NCBI RefSeq assembly: GCF_046119375.1 | Contig: NW_027366878.1 | Location: forward strand, 1-64,000 | Reading direction: 5' to 3' | DNA from: Phyllobates terribilis | Taxonomy: Eukaryota | Length of the DNA: 64,000 bases | In this document: one piece after another, positions 1 through 12,690 of the stretch | Layout: every line of letters starts with the position of its first letter | How positions within the stretch are numbered: the first letter of the stretch is position 1 | Translations under genes and position numbers: made by a program | The notes under the pieces: generated by a model | Seen by the model: only the letters and a program-made list of their open reading frames with translations | The model's database searches: none | Told to the model about the DNA's origin: nothing

Positions 1-3000
1 TTGTCCCGTCATGAGTAAGGATTTGCATTTGAACTTCCATGCTACGTTTGTTTATGCTCGGAATTGTCGGGTTGCTCGTCACTTGTTGTGGTCTGAACTG
101 CATGCTCTCAGTACTTCTCTTCATTCTCCGTGGATTGTGCTTGGGGATTTTAATTGCATCTTACTTACTAGTGATAAACTTACTTTCAATCATCAAAGTC
201 ACTCTATTGATCGTGATCTTTGTGGTTTCATGAGCTCCTCCAATTTGGTTGACCATCACTACTCGGGAGCGCATTATACTTGGAGTAACCAGCAAGAAGG
301 TAATAGTCATGTGGCTTGCAAGCTTGATAGGGTGATTATTAATGATGAGTGGGTGCTGGAGTTCCCTTTATCTCAGGTTTTCTTTGATGACCCAAGCTTT
401 TCTGACCACTCCCCGAGTATTGTTTGTATTAATCCGTCTTCATGTCCTAAGAAAATCCCTTTCAAAATTCCAAAACTTGTTGATGGAGAAACTGGACTTT
501 CTTGCTTTGATTGATAACACTTGGAGGGATAGATTTGTGGGCAATGCTCAACAAAGTTGAAAAAGATTAAGGGTGTGTTGAAAGCGTGGAAAAAGGGTCA
601 GTTTCGGAAACTTCAGCTTATGGTGGAGGAATGCTCGGATATTTTGCGTAATACCAATAGTGCTCTCCATAATGATTTCTCGTGTCTTGAAAAGCAGCGA
701 GCGGTCTCGGTTGCGAAGGGTAATCTTGAACTACGCATCTCACAACTTCATAGATTCATTGCCCAAAAATCAAAGATTGTTGGATCAAGCTTGGGGAAGA
801 AAATTCAACATTCTTCTACTATGGTATCCAGCATAGGCGTTGTCGGTCCACTATTTACCGACTAAAAGATGTTGCAGATAATATCCTTGACTCGAGGACC
901 GATATCAACTCGGAAATCATTGATTTATTTCGGGGTTTGTTTGGCACAAGGGATGATACTGCTGATTTGGTTGCGGACGACCTTCTAGGGGATGTCATCT
1001 CACCGGACCTCCATTCTTCTCTATGTTTTGGCTGCTCGTATGAGGAGATCCATTCTGCTCTCTTTAACATTGGTAATATTAAAAATCCGGGTCTGGATGG
1101 CTTTGGAAGTTGCTTCTTCAAGAGTTGTTGGAATTTCATAAAAGACAATGTTTGATTGGCTGTCTAGGACTTCTTTAGAAGGGGAAGGTTTCTCCGTCAA
1201 TCTAACGCCACCTTGATTAGCCTTATCCCTAAGATTGATTCTCCTTTCTCCATTCGTGAATTTTGCCCGATTGCGTGTTGCAATGTCGTGCAAAAGATAT
1301 TCTCCAAGATCCTTGTTGATCGCATTCGGCATATCCTTGATGACATCATCTCTATTAATCAAGGTGCATTTGTTCCTCATCGTCGGATTGTTGATAATTT
1401 AGCTGTTGCGCAAGATCTTGTTAAAGGTTATGATAGCACGTTCACCTCTCCTAGATGCCTCATCCATATTGATCTTCAAAAGGCATATGATTGTGTTAGT
1501 TGGAAGTTTCTTCATGGCACTCTTGAGTACTTCAATTTTCCCAACCAAATGATTGGGTGGATCATGTAATGCGTGTCTAACCCTTCCTATTCCATCATTA
1601 TTAATGGGAGATAAAGGGATTTTTCAAAGGGGAGCGAGGGTTGCATCAAGGGGATCCACTTTCACCTTTCTTATTTGTGCTAATTATGGAAATGTTCAAC
1701 CGGCGGTTAAGTAGGCGGCTGCTCAGACTGGGTTCTACTATCATCCTCGATGTAAGCAAATCGGTCTCTCTTCTCTTGCCTTTGCAGATGACCTCCTCAT
1801 TTTTTGTAAACCAGTTAAGTCTTATCTTAAGATCATAAAAGAGATACTTATATTGTTTGCTTGAGAATCCGGGATGATTGCTAATCCAAGCAAAATGTGT
1901 ATGTTTTTCTGGGGAGTTGACTCTGTTCGGTGTTTGGAGCTGGCTGCTTTCATGGGCTTTCAAACTAGGCGGTTGCCAGTTCGTTATCTTGGTATCGTGC
2001 TGCACTCTAAGAGGCTAAAACGAGGTGACTTCCAACCTATTCCGAATAAGATTCAGAGTGCAATTGCCGGGAGACAAGCTAAGCTTCTTTCTGTATTAGA
2101 GAGTATTGTGGGCTTTTGGATGCAGGTTATCAAATTCCCGAAGTGTATCATTTGGTGAATTGAGTCCATGTGTCATTCTTACCTTTGGACCGGTGATGTG
2201 GGAAACAAGCGCTTTCTTGTTGCGTGGAATTCGGTTTGTAGGGGCTTTGATAATGAGGGGCCCGGTTTCAGGGAATTGTTATCTTGGAACAAAACCCTTC
2301 TTTTCCGGCTTGCATTTGATGTTATTGTTGATCGTAAAAGTATATGGACGGTTTGGGATCGTCGTAATCTGCTCAAACGTTAGGACATGCGGACGATTCT
2401 TGCAATCAGGGTGCGTCTTGTGTTTGGAGGGGTATTCTTCATGCGAGGGATTTGGTTCTGCAGCGGTTCAATGGGGTTGCTCCTTCGGTTGATCGCATTG
2501 GTTCGGCTTCAGGTGTGTTGGACTCGGCTGCCACCTATCAGGTTATTTCTCCCCCTCTTGCCCCTATCATTTGGTGTGGAGTTATTTGGCATGGTATTCA
2601 GCCGCGGAAGTGGGCGTTTATTACTTGGCTTGCTACCTTAAATCTCCTCCCAACTAAATTGAATCTTATTCGTTGGGGGCGGTGCAAGATGAGAGATGCG
2701 TTTTGTGTGGCAGTGATAATGAATCAGCTGCCCATCTATAGTTCGGTTGTAGTGTTGTTGTTGCTATTTTAAAGAAGGTTATGAAGTGGAAAGGTGTGAC
2801 TATTCAGCATGGCACGATGCATGATTGGTGGACTTGGTTTGGTGCATGTACTAGGAGAAAGAACTCAATCTTCTTGGGACGGCAGCTTGCCTTCATTGGG
2901 GGTTTTACTACACATGGAGGTTGCGAAATGATGTGGTCTTCAACAATAAAAGTGTTAATGTTGACATTGTGTCGAATGAGATTATTTCTGTTTGCAGGTT

Positions 3001-3123
3001 TCGTATGATTCATAAGCTTAGTACTACTAGTAGATGGGGTAGAGCCATGTTGAGAAGGTTGTATGTGAACTGAGTTTGGGTACGTTGGCCTCTTTATAAT
3101 TTATTACCATTTGGCAAAAAAAA
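1..3123 (+). mobile_element. Decayed L1-type LINE (ORF2: APE endonuclease, RT, zf-RVT), 5' part outside the window
   Basis: Frameshifted ORF pieces carry L1 motifs: WIVLGDFN / YTWSN / KLDRVIIN (endonuclease, 11-514), PGLDGF, RPIACCNVVQKIFSKIL-like, [22 protein letters not shown] (RT, 937-1840), and WAFITWLATLNLLPTK (zf-RVT, about 2600). Ends in TTACCATTTGGC followed by an A8 tail at about 3104-3123. Confidence 0.93.
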
Positions 3124-3125
3124 TT

Positions 3126-3667
3126 GTGAATCTTTTATTGGATACATTATTCGAGATCATTTAGGTAATATTGTTCATATTAATAATCAAAAGATAAATT
3201 CATCTTCTCCTTTACAAGTTGTAAGTCTTGAAGCCTCAAATGGTATTAAACAAGCTCTTCATCTTGGCCTTCATAATTTAATTATTGAAGGAGATAATCT
3301 AATATTAATAAATCCAATCAGAAACATTTGGCAAGTACCGTGGAGCATGTAGCATCCAAACAATTGCCAGGGATATAGACGTGCACATCAGCAAATTCAG
3401 GGACGCCAAGGTCTATTACTTTTTAGAGAGAGAAATAAAGCGGTTGATCTTCTTGCCTCAAGGAATGCTTCAGATATTGATATTCATGAGTTTTTTTGTA
3501 TCTTAAATATAGTTCATGTACCTGATGTGTATATCAGGGCTCTGCGAGAGAGGTTAAGGATTTCACAATCCTCTCTCTTTAGTTTTTCAGTTTATTTTGT
3601 AAGCATTATCCGTTGTGATAATGCGGCATTGCCTCCTGGTTAAGGAGGATTGCTAGTGTTAACCGTT

Positions 3668-3698
<31 letters not shown>

Positions 3699-3701
3699 AA
3701 G
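3126..3701 (+). mobile_element. 3' fragment of a second LINE with RNase H-like domain, ending at an (AAG)n tract
   Basis: Manual translation from about 3126 gives GYIIRDHLG...LEASNGIKQALHLGLHNLIIEGDNLILIN...WQVPW, matching the G-x-I-R-D / E-A / I-I-E-G-D pattern of plant LINE RNase H-like domains. A T-rich 3' region and (AAG)11 follow. Confidence 0.72.
3669..3701. repeat. (AAG)11 microsatellite
   Basis: 33 nt of perfect AAG repeat. Confidence 0.97.
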
Positions 3702-4968
3702 CCAATGGTGAGTCAGGACTTTGGTTTAGGGGAAATTGGACACTTAAGGGTGTGTTTTTTTAAATTGCCCTAAGAATTATATGTTATCTCTTTTATATAT
3801 CTTGAAGGTAATTCTTGGTGTTAATATTTATAAGATAAATGTTCCCAAATAAAGAAGATGTAGGTTCTAATGAACGTACGCACATGATTTTGTTGGTTAT
3901 TTTTACCTATTAAAGATGAAGAGTTCGTCAATAGAGGTTTTTTATTCGTTCTTTGTTTGAGATTCAAAATTTAGGGTTTACATCAATATTGAATTGATTT
4001 TGGTGGATTTGAGTGTTGATTTTGGTTGAATAATCATCTTAAGCTCACATGTAGAGTCAAACTCGTTAGTTTTATGTCTTTTGGTTGATTTGAGCATTGA
4101 TTCCATTGAGTTTTAATGGATCTGTTGTTGACTATATTATATCTGTCTAGGATTCATGTTCTAAGCTAAGAAAAAAACGTGTACTTAAAGTTCATAACTA
4201 ACGACACTATGTTCATGTTTAAAAGCTAATTTTTTATCTGTTTTACCAATTCCGGTGAAGATGATGCTCGATGAATATGTTTAAGATTAATGTTCACAAA
4301 TAAGAAAGATATATGCTATAATGATGATAATAAAGACAAACACATAATACAACCTTGACTTATCGTTTATTTTTGTTTTTATGATTATAGTTGGTTATTA
4401 TGTGTTTGTATGATTGAACATTTAGAGTTTATGAACATAAGGTTTTGCTAGGTTGTTTATTGAAGTTTGAGATTTAATCGTATTTAGAGTAGATTTCTTG
4501 TGTTTGAGTATCTTACCAACTTATAATGTTGATTGATTTGTATTAGTAATTTCCGGTTGTGCCTCTCACTCTCTTGTTTGTTTTTTTATTACAACAATCA
4601 TACTGAAGTCCATGCTTGATTGTCTTGATGCCTAATATTGGTTAATAATTGTTTGGAGATTGTTCTTTAAATATTGTTATGCTTGTAGTGCATGTTTATG
4701 ATACATGTTCTTAGTTAAGGTCTTGATATTTAAATTTAAAGTCATTAGGTTCATAATTAACTACTGAGATAGTAATTGATGATTTACTACTAAGATTGAT
4801 TATTTGAGTTGATGTGATACATGTTCACATTTAACATTGTTAGGTTCATAATTATTGTCATTAGGTGCATAAATACTTGCACCAAAGTCATTGTTATTTT
4901 GTAGTTTGTTCACTATCATTGATTGATATATGTAGATTCTATTGGTGATTTATAAAGAGAGCACATAG

Positions 4969-5147
4969 AGGACGTGAAAAATGAAGTTGTAGATGGTGAG
5001 AAGAAGGATGAAAGTGGTGAAGATAATGACAACGAAAATGGCATTGACAGTGGCAGTGACAAGGAAGATGAAGATGTTAATGGTCAAAAGGAGGATGAAA
5101 GTGAAGAAGATTATGATAGTGACAATGTCAGCAGAAGTAGCATATGA
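4969..5147 (+). pseudogene. Orphan acidic terminal-exon-like segment, probably TE-borne
   Basis: After CATAG at 4964-4968 the frame reads EDVKNEVVDGEKKDESGEDNDNENGIDSGSDKEDEDVNGQKEDESEEDYDSDNVSRSSI-stop. No upstream coding exon was identified. Confidence 0.35.
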
Positions 5148-8100
5148 ATTCGGTTGTAATTTGATTGTCAAATATTGTTTTTATTTTGATACTATAAATG
5201 AAGCATTTAGAAAACATTAGCTAGTGTTGTTTTGTTTTTTGATACAATTCCGAGTGAAATGTTTGCATTGGATATCATTTCCCTGGGTTCAATCACAATA
5301 ATAAATATAAAGGAAGGTCAATGAGTAACATTATCATCCATCTCGGTTTATGGTACTCCAAGATGTGCACAAAAAATTATAAGTTTTTGTATGTCTAATA
5401 TTGAATATGGTCGATTCGATCTAAGGAAATTTCCTTGTTGTGGGAGATCTCAGATTTATTTTTTGGAAAGGATATTGTTCCCAAATACCTTCATGTGGTG
5501 GAGGAGATTGATCGGGAAATAGGGCAGGTTAGATAGAGGATCTTGTATCGTGTATATGTAGACGATGGTTCTGCATAGGGCGGTTTGAATTAGTTGGCGA
5601 ACAAATAAAAGCACATGCCATAAGGAAGAATAATAGAACTACTAACAAAGTATAAGAATGGATTTTATTGTAAATCATGGAGGTAGAGAAGATGTAATGA
5701 TGTAAATGTAGTCTATATATTTAACTTTTTTTTAGATGAAGTTCTCATCTCATCCTTTTGAAGCAAGGTAAGGACGAGTAAGAGAATCCAACAATATGAA
5801 CTCATAAGATAAGAGGAAGTTCAATACTAACATCTAGACATGAGTAAAAGACGATGTCATTGAACCTAAATACATGAGCATCATAACATGAATCACAATA
5901 ATTAATATTGAATTGAAGGATAATGGCGCACCAACCCCAAGGAATCAAGCCCCACTAGCGACAGACTTTCCTTTATCCATGGCTAGCGATTGAAAGAAGA
6001 TGAAACTAACGAAGGAATGAGAACTGAGAATGAGTTAAACGTATGAGATGCCATATTTAAAATAAACCAATGAAAATTAGTGAAGCGTTATAATTTATCA
6101 CCCTACTATTGTCTTTGAAGAGAATTAAAGACTTGATTAGGGAAGCGTAACAACTAGGAAGGTATGGAGGTAAAGGTTGTGTTTTGATACTCTTTAAATT
6201 AAAATTGAAGAAGAGTGATGGTGAATTTTTAGACTATTAATAATTATCAAAGGAATTCTATTTTATGTAGATTAGATTTAGGGTTTTGTAATTAAGTTGT
6301 AGTTGAGTTTAGAGGCATTTAAGAACTTAAAAAACTAAACTTTATAAGTATTATGATGATTATGATTAGGATTAGGATAAGATAAGATATATAAGTTGCA
6401 TAAGTTCACATTATAAGTTTTGTAAAGTAGTGATGCAATGACATATTAGTTTTTCGTGAATTAAATGACAAAGGCTTGTCAATCAGTATCAATTTAAAAT
6501 GTATTTACATAGTATTGGTATATTACAAGGGGAAAACAAGTCCTACAAAAAAAGAAAAAATAAGTCAAAACATTATACTTTACAATTTCTAAATACAATT
6601 GTTTAGCTTGATCATCATAACCTTACTCTTCCATTCTTTAAGCACCCTTGTAAGAATAAGATTTAGTATTCTTAAATCCTTACAACGTGTTGAGTTGTTC
6701 GTATCATTCTTCAACACCCTTAGCCTTTCCAAACTCTTGTCTAAGAAAGCTATCCCCAATTTCACATCTTCTACGAATTCCTCCTTCTTGGCTAGAAACT
6801 CTTGAGGGACAACTTCCAACCTTGAATTGTTTGTAAGAATCTAAGAAAATCTTGGCCTTATTAAGCTCATAAAGATACTTTTAAACTCAGGTTTATACTA
6901 ATTACATCTAAAGTTCACAAAAGGTAATCTCTCTATAATATTACATCAAAAGATACAAAGATTTAGCTGTTGGATTGTATGATATAAGAGTAGTATCATA
7001 CTAATTTTGGACAAATTGATGCAATTGGTGCTTGATTTGACCAACTCAAAATTAAATGAGTACAAATGTCTCGTGAACATAAACATCTCTTGTAGGCACT
7101 TCATCAAACACCTTGTAACAACTAATACAAATTCATATAATATATCCAAACATTAATCTTCTACACCATGAACAATGACTACTGGAGGAAACATAAATCT
7201 AGGAAATGCGGGCAAATTGAAAAAAACAATTCGAAAATCAAATAGAATAAAGCTTAAATCCTAGAAATCTCCATCCATAGAATTTGAGTGGAATTTATTC
7301 AAATTGAGTAAACAAATTGAAGAAACGTACATTTTATGATGAAAGAAGTATGCACATAGACCGATTCAGATACACAAACTATAAAATTTGAAAGAAAATA
7401 CCACATAATTCATGGAGGTTCAGTGAAGGCCCGTGACAATTTTTTTCTCGAAGTGACGTGAGATGCAAGGGAAACATCTAGATCTTGGAAATGCAAAGTC
7501 AATGGAATCGATGAAGCAACCTAATAAGGAAGATTATAGAAATGCAGGAGTGCATCCTGGTGAGGGAGATGGTTAATAGAAGCAGGTTGTGAAATATAAC
7601 TATATAAGGGTAAATTGACCAATTGCCTTTAATGAATTAAATTTTCTAAAAATGAGCGAGGCAGATCTGACCATTGGATTCTAAATCAAACGGTGTATAA
7701 TGCTTTGTATTTCATACCCTACAACTAATTTGTACCAGATCCTCTTTCCTCATAACTATACTTAATATCTAGACGTCGATATCGAATGGGTCATGTAATC
7801 ATTTTTTTATTACCGTTGTCTAGATGTGGATTTCATAAATTGAATGATCGAAATGTTAAAATATGAGTTTGATATGTCTTTCTAGTAAAAATAATGCCAA
7901 AATATTCATTTTTTATCACATGAGATCAATATTAGTATCATGCATGCATAATTACAACGATTACGTGATGGTTAGTTTAAAATTTAAAAAATTCGAAAAT
8001 GAAAAAAAGATATTATCTTTAAGTATTATATCCTCCAATCATCAATCTAAACAAAAGTTAAATGTTTTATATTATAGTTTGATTTTAGTTTAATATTTTG

Positions 8101-8254
8101 CAATATGAATACCAAATCATTCGCCCTTTGTGCATGTAAACATTTCTCTTCTTTGTATGCACCCTAAATAGCATTGGAAAATAAATTTAGGTAAAAAAAT
8201 CAAACGCATAAACAATTAAGTAAAAAACTTCAAGTAAAATTGGAAAATCATCAA

Positions 8255-8432
8255 CCAGGATCAGGGTCGTAGGATTTTATGATCCTACATGTCCGAACCT
8301 ATGCGATACTATCCGATATTATACGATCTAGCGCCTGATCTGACATGAGTCCGATCCTACATAAGATCAGGATCGTGTTGTAAATTTTGGATTGTAGGAT
8401 CGTGCGATCCGTATCGCGATCCCAACAACAAA
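8255..8432. mobile_element. GATC-rich MITE fragment (possibly hAT-derived)
   Basis: Dense GATC/GATCC/GGATC motifs in a CpG-containing island within AT-rich DNA; composition resembles the element at 60508-61078. Confidence 0.4.
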
Positions 8433-10347
8433 GTCATAGTCTAATTTTTATATTATCAAAACAACTCCTTTTTTCTTTGAAAATATATACACTTTTTCTC
8501 AAGACAAACAATTTATATGTTCTTACATGATTACAAATTTAAATATTGAAGTACCACAAACATAAGAAAATAAAATAACAATCTTTTCCAAGAAAACCAT
8601 GAATCATGTTCATTACATATGACGCTTCTACATACCTTCATTTTCTTCTTTGTTGTTTCAATACACAATTATCTACGAAGGGGCCTACTCATTCAGACAA
8701 GTTTCTAGGAGGAAGATGATCATCTGATTCATTAGATTGCAGACGACATATAATCCATTGTAAATCCTATTTGCATCTATCTTGATACAGTACTCTAAGG
8801 CCTCGTTCGGTAGGGAGCTTATTGGGGGGGAAAGCTAGCTTAATGGCTAGCTTGTTCACCCTTCCCTTCCCGAACGCATTTTTGGCTCCAAAAACCATCT
8901 CCTCCACATTTCAGCTAGCTTGGGAAAATCCAGCTGAAAATTCCCATAAGCTGCCAAGCTAGGGGGTGGGGATTGTGGGTTTTCAGCTAGCTTGTGTGCA
9001 ATTTTTTGGTCCAGTTTTCCATCCAATTTGTTCATTATTCTCACTAGCAGAGCACCTCTCTTTCGATTGACGATTCGAGTGGAGATTCAAGGGTCCAGGT
9101 GAAGCTCCAATTTTCCTCTTCTGTTTCTCTTTCTCTTCCTCTTTCGGTTTCTCATTTGTGTTGTTGTTGTTGATTTTTGGTTCAAATTCCCTAGTCACTG
9201 ACCAGGTGACCACAACCATTCTCGTCTCCTTCGAATTTCCATCTCGAGTGAACACGTGAACCCTAATTTCCCCATTTTTCGACTGCTTCTCTATCGATTA
9301 TTCCCATATTTTATGAATTTCTGCACTGGAAATCCATGGTTGGTAATGGCGTTGTGCTCTTTCTTGTTTCGATTTTCTACACTGAGATCTTTCTTGTAGA
9401 AAATCGAAAGGGGGGGATGTAAGAGCTCAGCCTAAATTGTTGAGATTGATGAATGACCAATTACCCGAATATTAGGCTGAGACTGAGAGCTCATATGTTA
9501 TTCCATTTTGTTGTTGAGATTGAGTGGTGAAGGAACTATCAGTTAGGGTGAGATTGAAGGACCATCTAAGTGTTGAGATTTACCATCTAATTGTTGAGAT
9601 TGAGAGAAACTATAATTAGTTGTTCAACAATTAGAAGGAACTATCACTTATCAGCTATAAGTTAAGTGTTAAATATATAATAGTCAGTTACAATTTCAGT
9701 TAACTTAGAATTGGATATGGTAGTGTTCTTACTATTCTTCTCTGTAGAATATTTCTATTACACTTGGAGAAACATGGCATGTTAAGTGCTATACTATTAG
9801 CTTTAGATACAAGACTCTGTATGGTAGTTGGAAGGATTTTGTAGTGAATAATGATGTGTAGTGGGAAATTCATGTGTATTTGAGTTATTTCCTAAAAAGC
9901 CAAATCACTAGAACACTACCATATCCAATTGTGTTTGACCATCACGTTTAAATTAGCCATTAAGTTGTGTTAGAAGTTAATAAGTTTGCTTTTAATGTAT
10001 TTAAGATCTATTGTATAAACATGTTTAGGACATCTAGCTGACCCCAATCCTTTATATGAAATATTAGCAGAACTTGTTAAGAGTGAATCAAAACTTTCTC
10101 GTTCTTAAGATCATTCTGTTTTGTTTGTCTGTTAGATGAACAACAATAAGACACCCCTGTCAATTGGGAGTTGTTTCTCTTGAACTATTAGTCACTTAGA
10201 TTTTTGCTTCCTTAAAGCATCTACAAAACTAAAATCTAGGCAACTACTTGATCAGCTTGAAAATAATTTCCTACATCAGATTCATATACTTTAATATTTC
10301 AGGATGTGTAAACTTTGATCAGTTTCATATACTTTAATATTATCAAG

Positions 10348-10755
10348 ATGTCAAACACATCGGATTCATTCAGTGTACAGTATGAGGCAATGGCTTTGCT
10401 TGAGGAAGAAGAAGAATTTCACCGTCAGTTTCGAAGGTTGCCAAGTGAAGTGCTAGAAACAATGACCAACTACAGTCCGGATTCAAACGGGTCTCTAAGG
10501 TTTTTTAACGAATTTGTAAGTCAAAATAAGGAATGTTTTTTCCATAAACAAGTTTGTTTAGGCTTGTAGATTTTTAGGTAATATTTTGGAGATATCTTAT
10601 TTAGGCCTATATTGAATTGTTTGTATTATTTTGAACTGTGGTAGGAGTGTGACATGAATGGTTCATCGACACCATCTCCACCCCACCCACCCAGATTGAC
10701 TTCTTCCTTTAGCACAAATGAACTCAGTGATCAGATGTATGAGCAAGAACTATAA
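10348..10755 (+). CDS. Putative 92-aa acidic protein, two exons (10348-10515, 10645-10755), inside the PIF-like element
   Basis: ATG directly after a CAAG acceptor; GTAAGT donor at 10516; GTAG acceptor ending 10644. Spliced frame stays open: MSNTSDSFSVQYEAMALLEEEEEFHRQFRRLPSEVLETMTNYSPDSNGSLRFFNEF/ECDMNGSSTPSPPHPPRLTSSFSTNELSDQMYEQEL-stop. No family recognised. Confidence 0.45.
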
Positions 10756-11020
10756 AGGAATATGTATTTGGAATCTAAACTGGTGGTTGTTGAGAAGACG
10801 AATATGATCTTGCTAACACCGTTAGCAAGATCACAACTGCCCATGTAATGGTTTGTTTGGAGCGTGACAAAATGAAGAGGTTTATGAAGTGTTTTGTGTG
10901 GACCGGTAGCCTCATAATTATCGTATTACTTGTAGTGATTTTATACCTCTTGTATGTTGTTTTCTTCATCTAGGTGTGTAATGCGTAGCTGGACAAGATG
11001 TAGGTTCTCATTGCGTCTAA

Positions 11021-11150
11021 TGTAGAACATGTAGCTCCTCATTTTGGGTGTTTTGTAGAACATGTAGCTGCTCATTCTGGGTATTTTGTAGAACATGTAG
11101 CTGCTCATTTTGGATGTATTGTAGAACATGTAGCTGCTCATCTAATAGTT
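11021..11150. repeat. 33-bp tandem repeat, about 4 copies
   Basis: Unit TGTAGAACATGTAGCTGCTCATTTTGG(A/G)T(G/A)T(A/T)T; a further partial copy near 11200. Confidence 0.92.
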
Positions 11151-12284
11151 TGTAATGTAGCCGGACAAGATGTTGGTTTGTTATTGTGTGTTTAATCATT
11201 GTAGAACATGTACCTGCTCATGAAATGGTTTGTAATGCTTAGTTTGTATGAAATCTACATGATTCACATTGATGTGTGAGAGGTGATAATTGTTCAGAAC
11301 TCTGTGATTTCACCAACAGTTTAATATGATAACTCGTATAGTTGTATTGCTGATAACTCGTTTAGTTTACTGGATTTTCTTTGCCATTTTCATGACTTTG
11401 TTTATCAAAACTAACAGATCAATGTGTTTTTTGTAGGTTTGACAGTGATCAGAAACAAGGTTGCTCTAACAAATAGGAAACACCCGATATCCCAAACAAG
11501 GTTGTTAACTTGTCAAAGCTTGACAAGAAAAATAACACATGTGGTGAACAAATTGGGCTCTCATCCCTTCTCCTTTGTCTCTTACATTCTCCTTCGTTTC
11601 TTCCTCTTCGCAACTTCAATCCCCGATTTTCCCTTGAGGTAACTACTAATCTATCATCCTTTCTTTAAATTTGTCGATTATGTGTTGATTTGGTGAAAAT
11701 CGGCTTCTAGGGTTATGTAATTTGTGGATTAAGTGTTGATTAGGTTGAAATCTTGTTGAAATCTGATTGCAATCGGTTTCTAGGGTTACATTTGGGGAAA
11801 ATCAGGTATGTATTTGGGATTATAGGGTTCATTGAAATTAGGTGATATTTAGACCGATTTTTTCAAGAAATTATGTTATTGCATATTCGAATTGAAGGAA
11901 TTGTTTGTCTTGTTTTATTGAGGAGTGGATTCAAAGCTTCATCTGAATTAGGTTGTGAATTTAGGATGTGAATTAGGTTGTGTAATGGTTCGCTGTCGAA
12001 ACTTTCTGAGCATCTCGACAAATATTCAACAATATGTTGAGTAATGGTTCAGTCCGTACTGCCTTACTTTTACTATCATTCTCTACTCCATCATCATTTC
12101 ATGTTTCATCTCCAGCTGACTGTCTTTTGCCTCTTCCTTTACCTTTACCCTTCTCCGTCTCCCTTGGAGGTTTAGATGCCATGTTTGTGAAATATGTTGC
12201 TTTCTAACTCGATAATAATGTTGTAATTGCACAATCAATATGAGAGCAAATCATCCACTATTAGAGTACAAAGATAACCAAAAG

Positions 12285-12690
12285 AAGTAGACTTCAAGTT
12301 CTTCCTCAAATTATAAACTGAGACCATTCAAGTAGACTGAGACCATTAAAGTAGACTAAAAACCAAAACAAAATACCTATTCTACCAAAAAAAAGACTAA
12401 GACCATTCAAGTAGACTTCAAGTTCTTCCTCAAATTATAAACTGAGACCATTCAAGTAGACTGAGACCATTAAAGTAGACTAAAAACCAAAACAAAAATA
12501 CCTATTCTACCAAAAAAAGACTGAGACCATTCAAGTAGACTTCAAGTTCTTCCTCAAATTATAAACTGAGACCATTCAGGTAGACTGAGACCATTAAAGT
12601 AGACTAAAAACCAAAACAAAAATACCTATTCTACCAAAAAAAGACTGAGACCATTCAAGTAGACTTCAAGTTCTTCCTCAAATTATAAAC
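12285..12690. repeat. 124-bp tandem repeat, about 3.3 near-identical copies with internal 19-nt subrepeat
   Basis: AAGTAGACTTCAAG recurs at 12285, 12409, 12533 and 12657; each unit contains repeated CTGAGACCATT(C/A)AAGTAGA. Confidence 0.95.

Noticed and set aside
6589-7149. Minus-strand ORFs (76 and 67 aa) as a host gene
   Set aside because: No recognisable domain or consistent splice model; they lie in TE-like AT-rich DNA.
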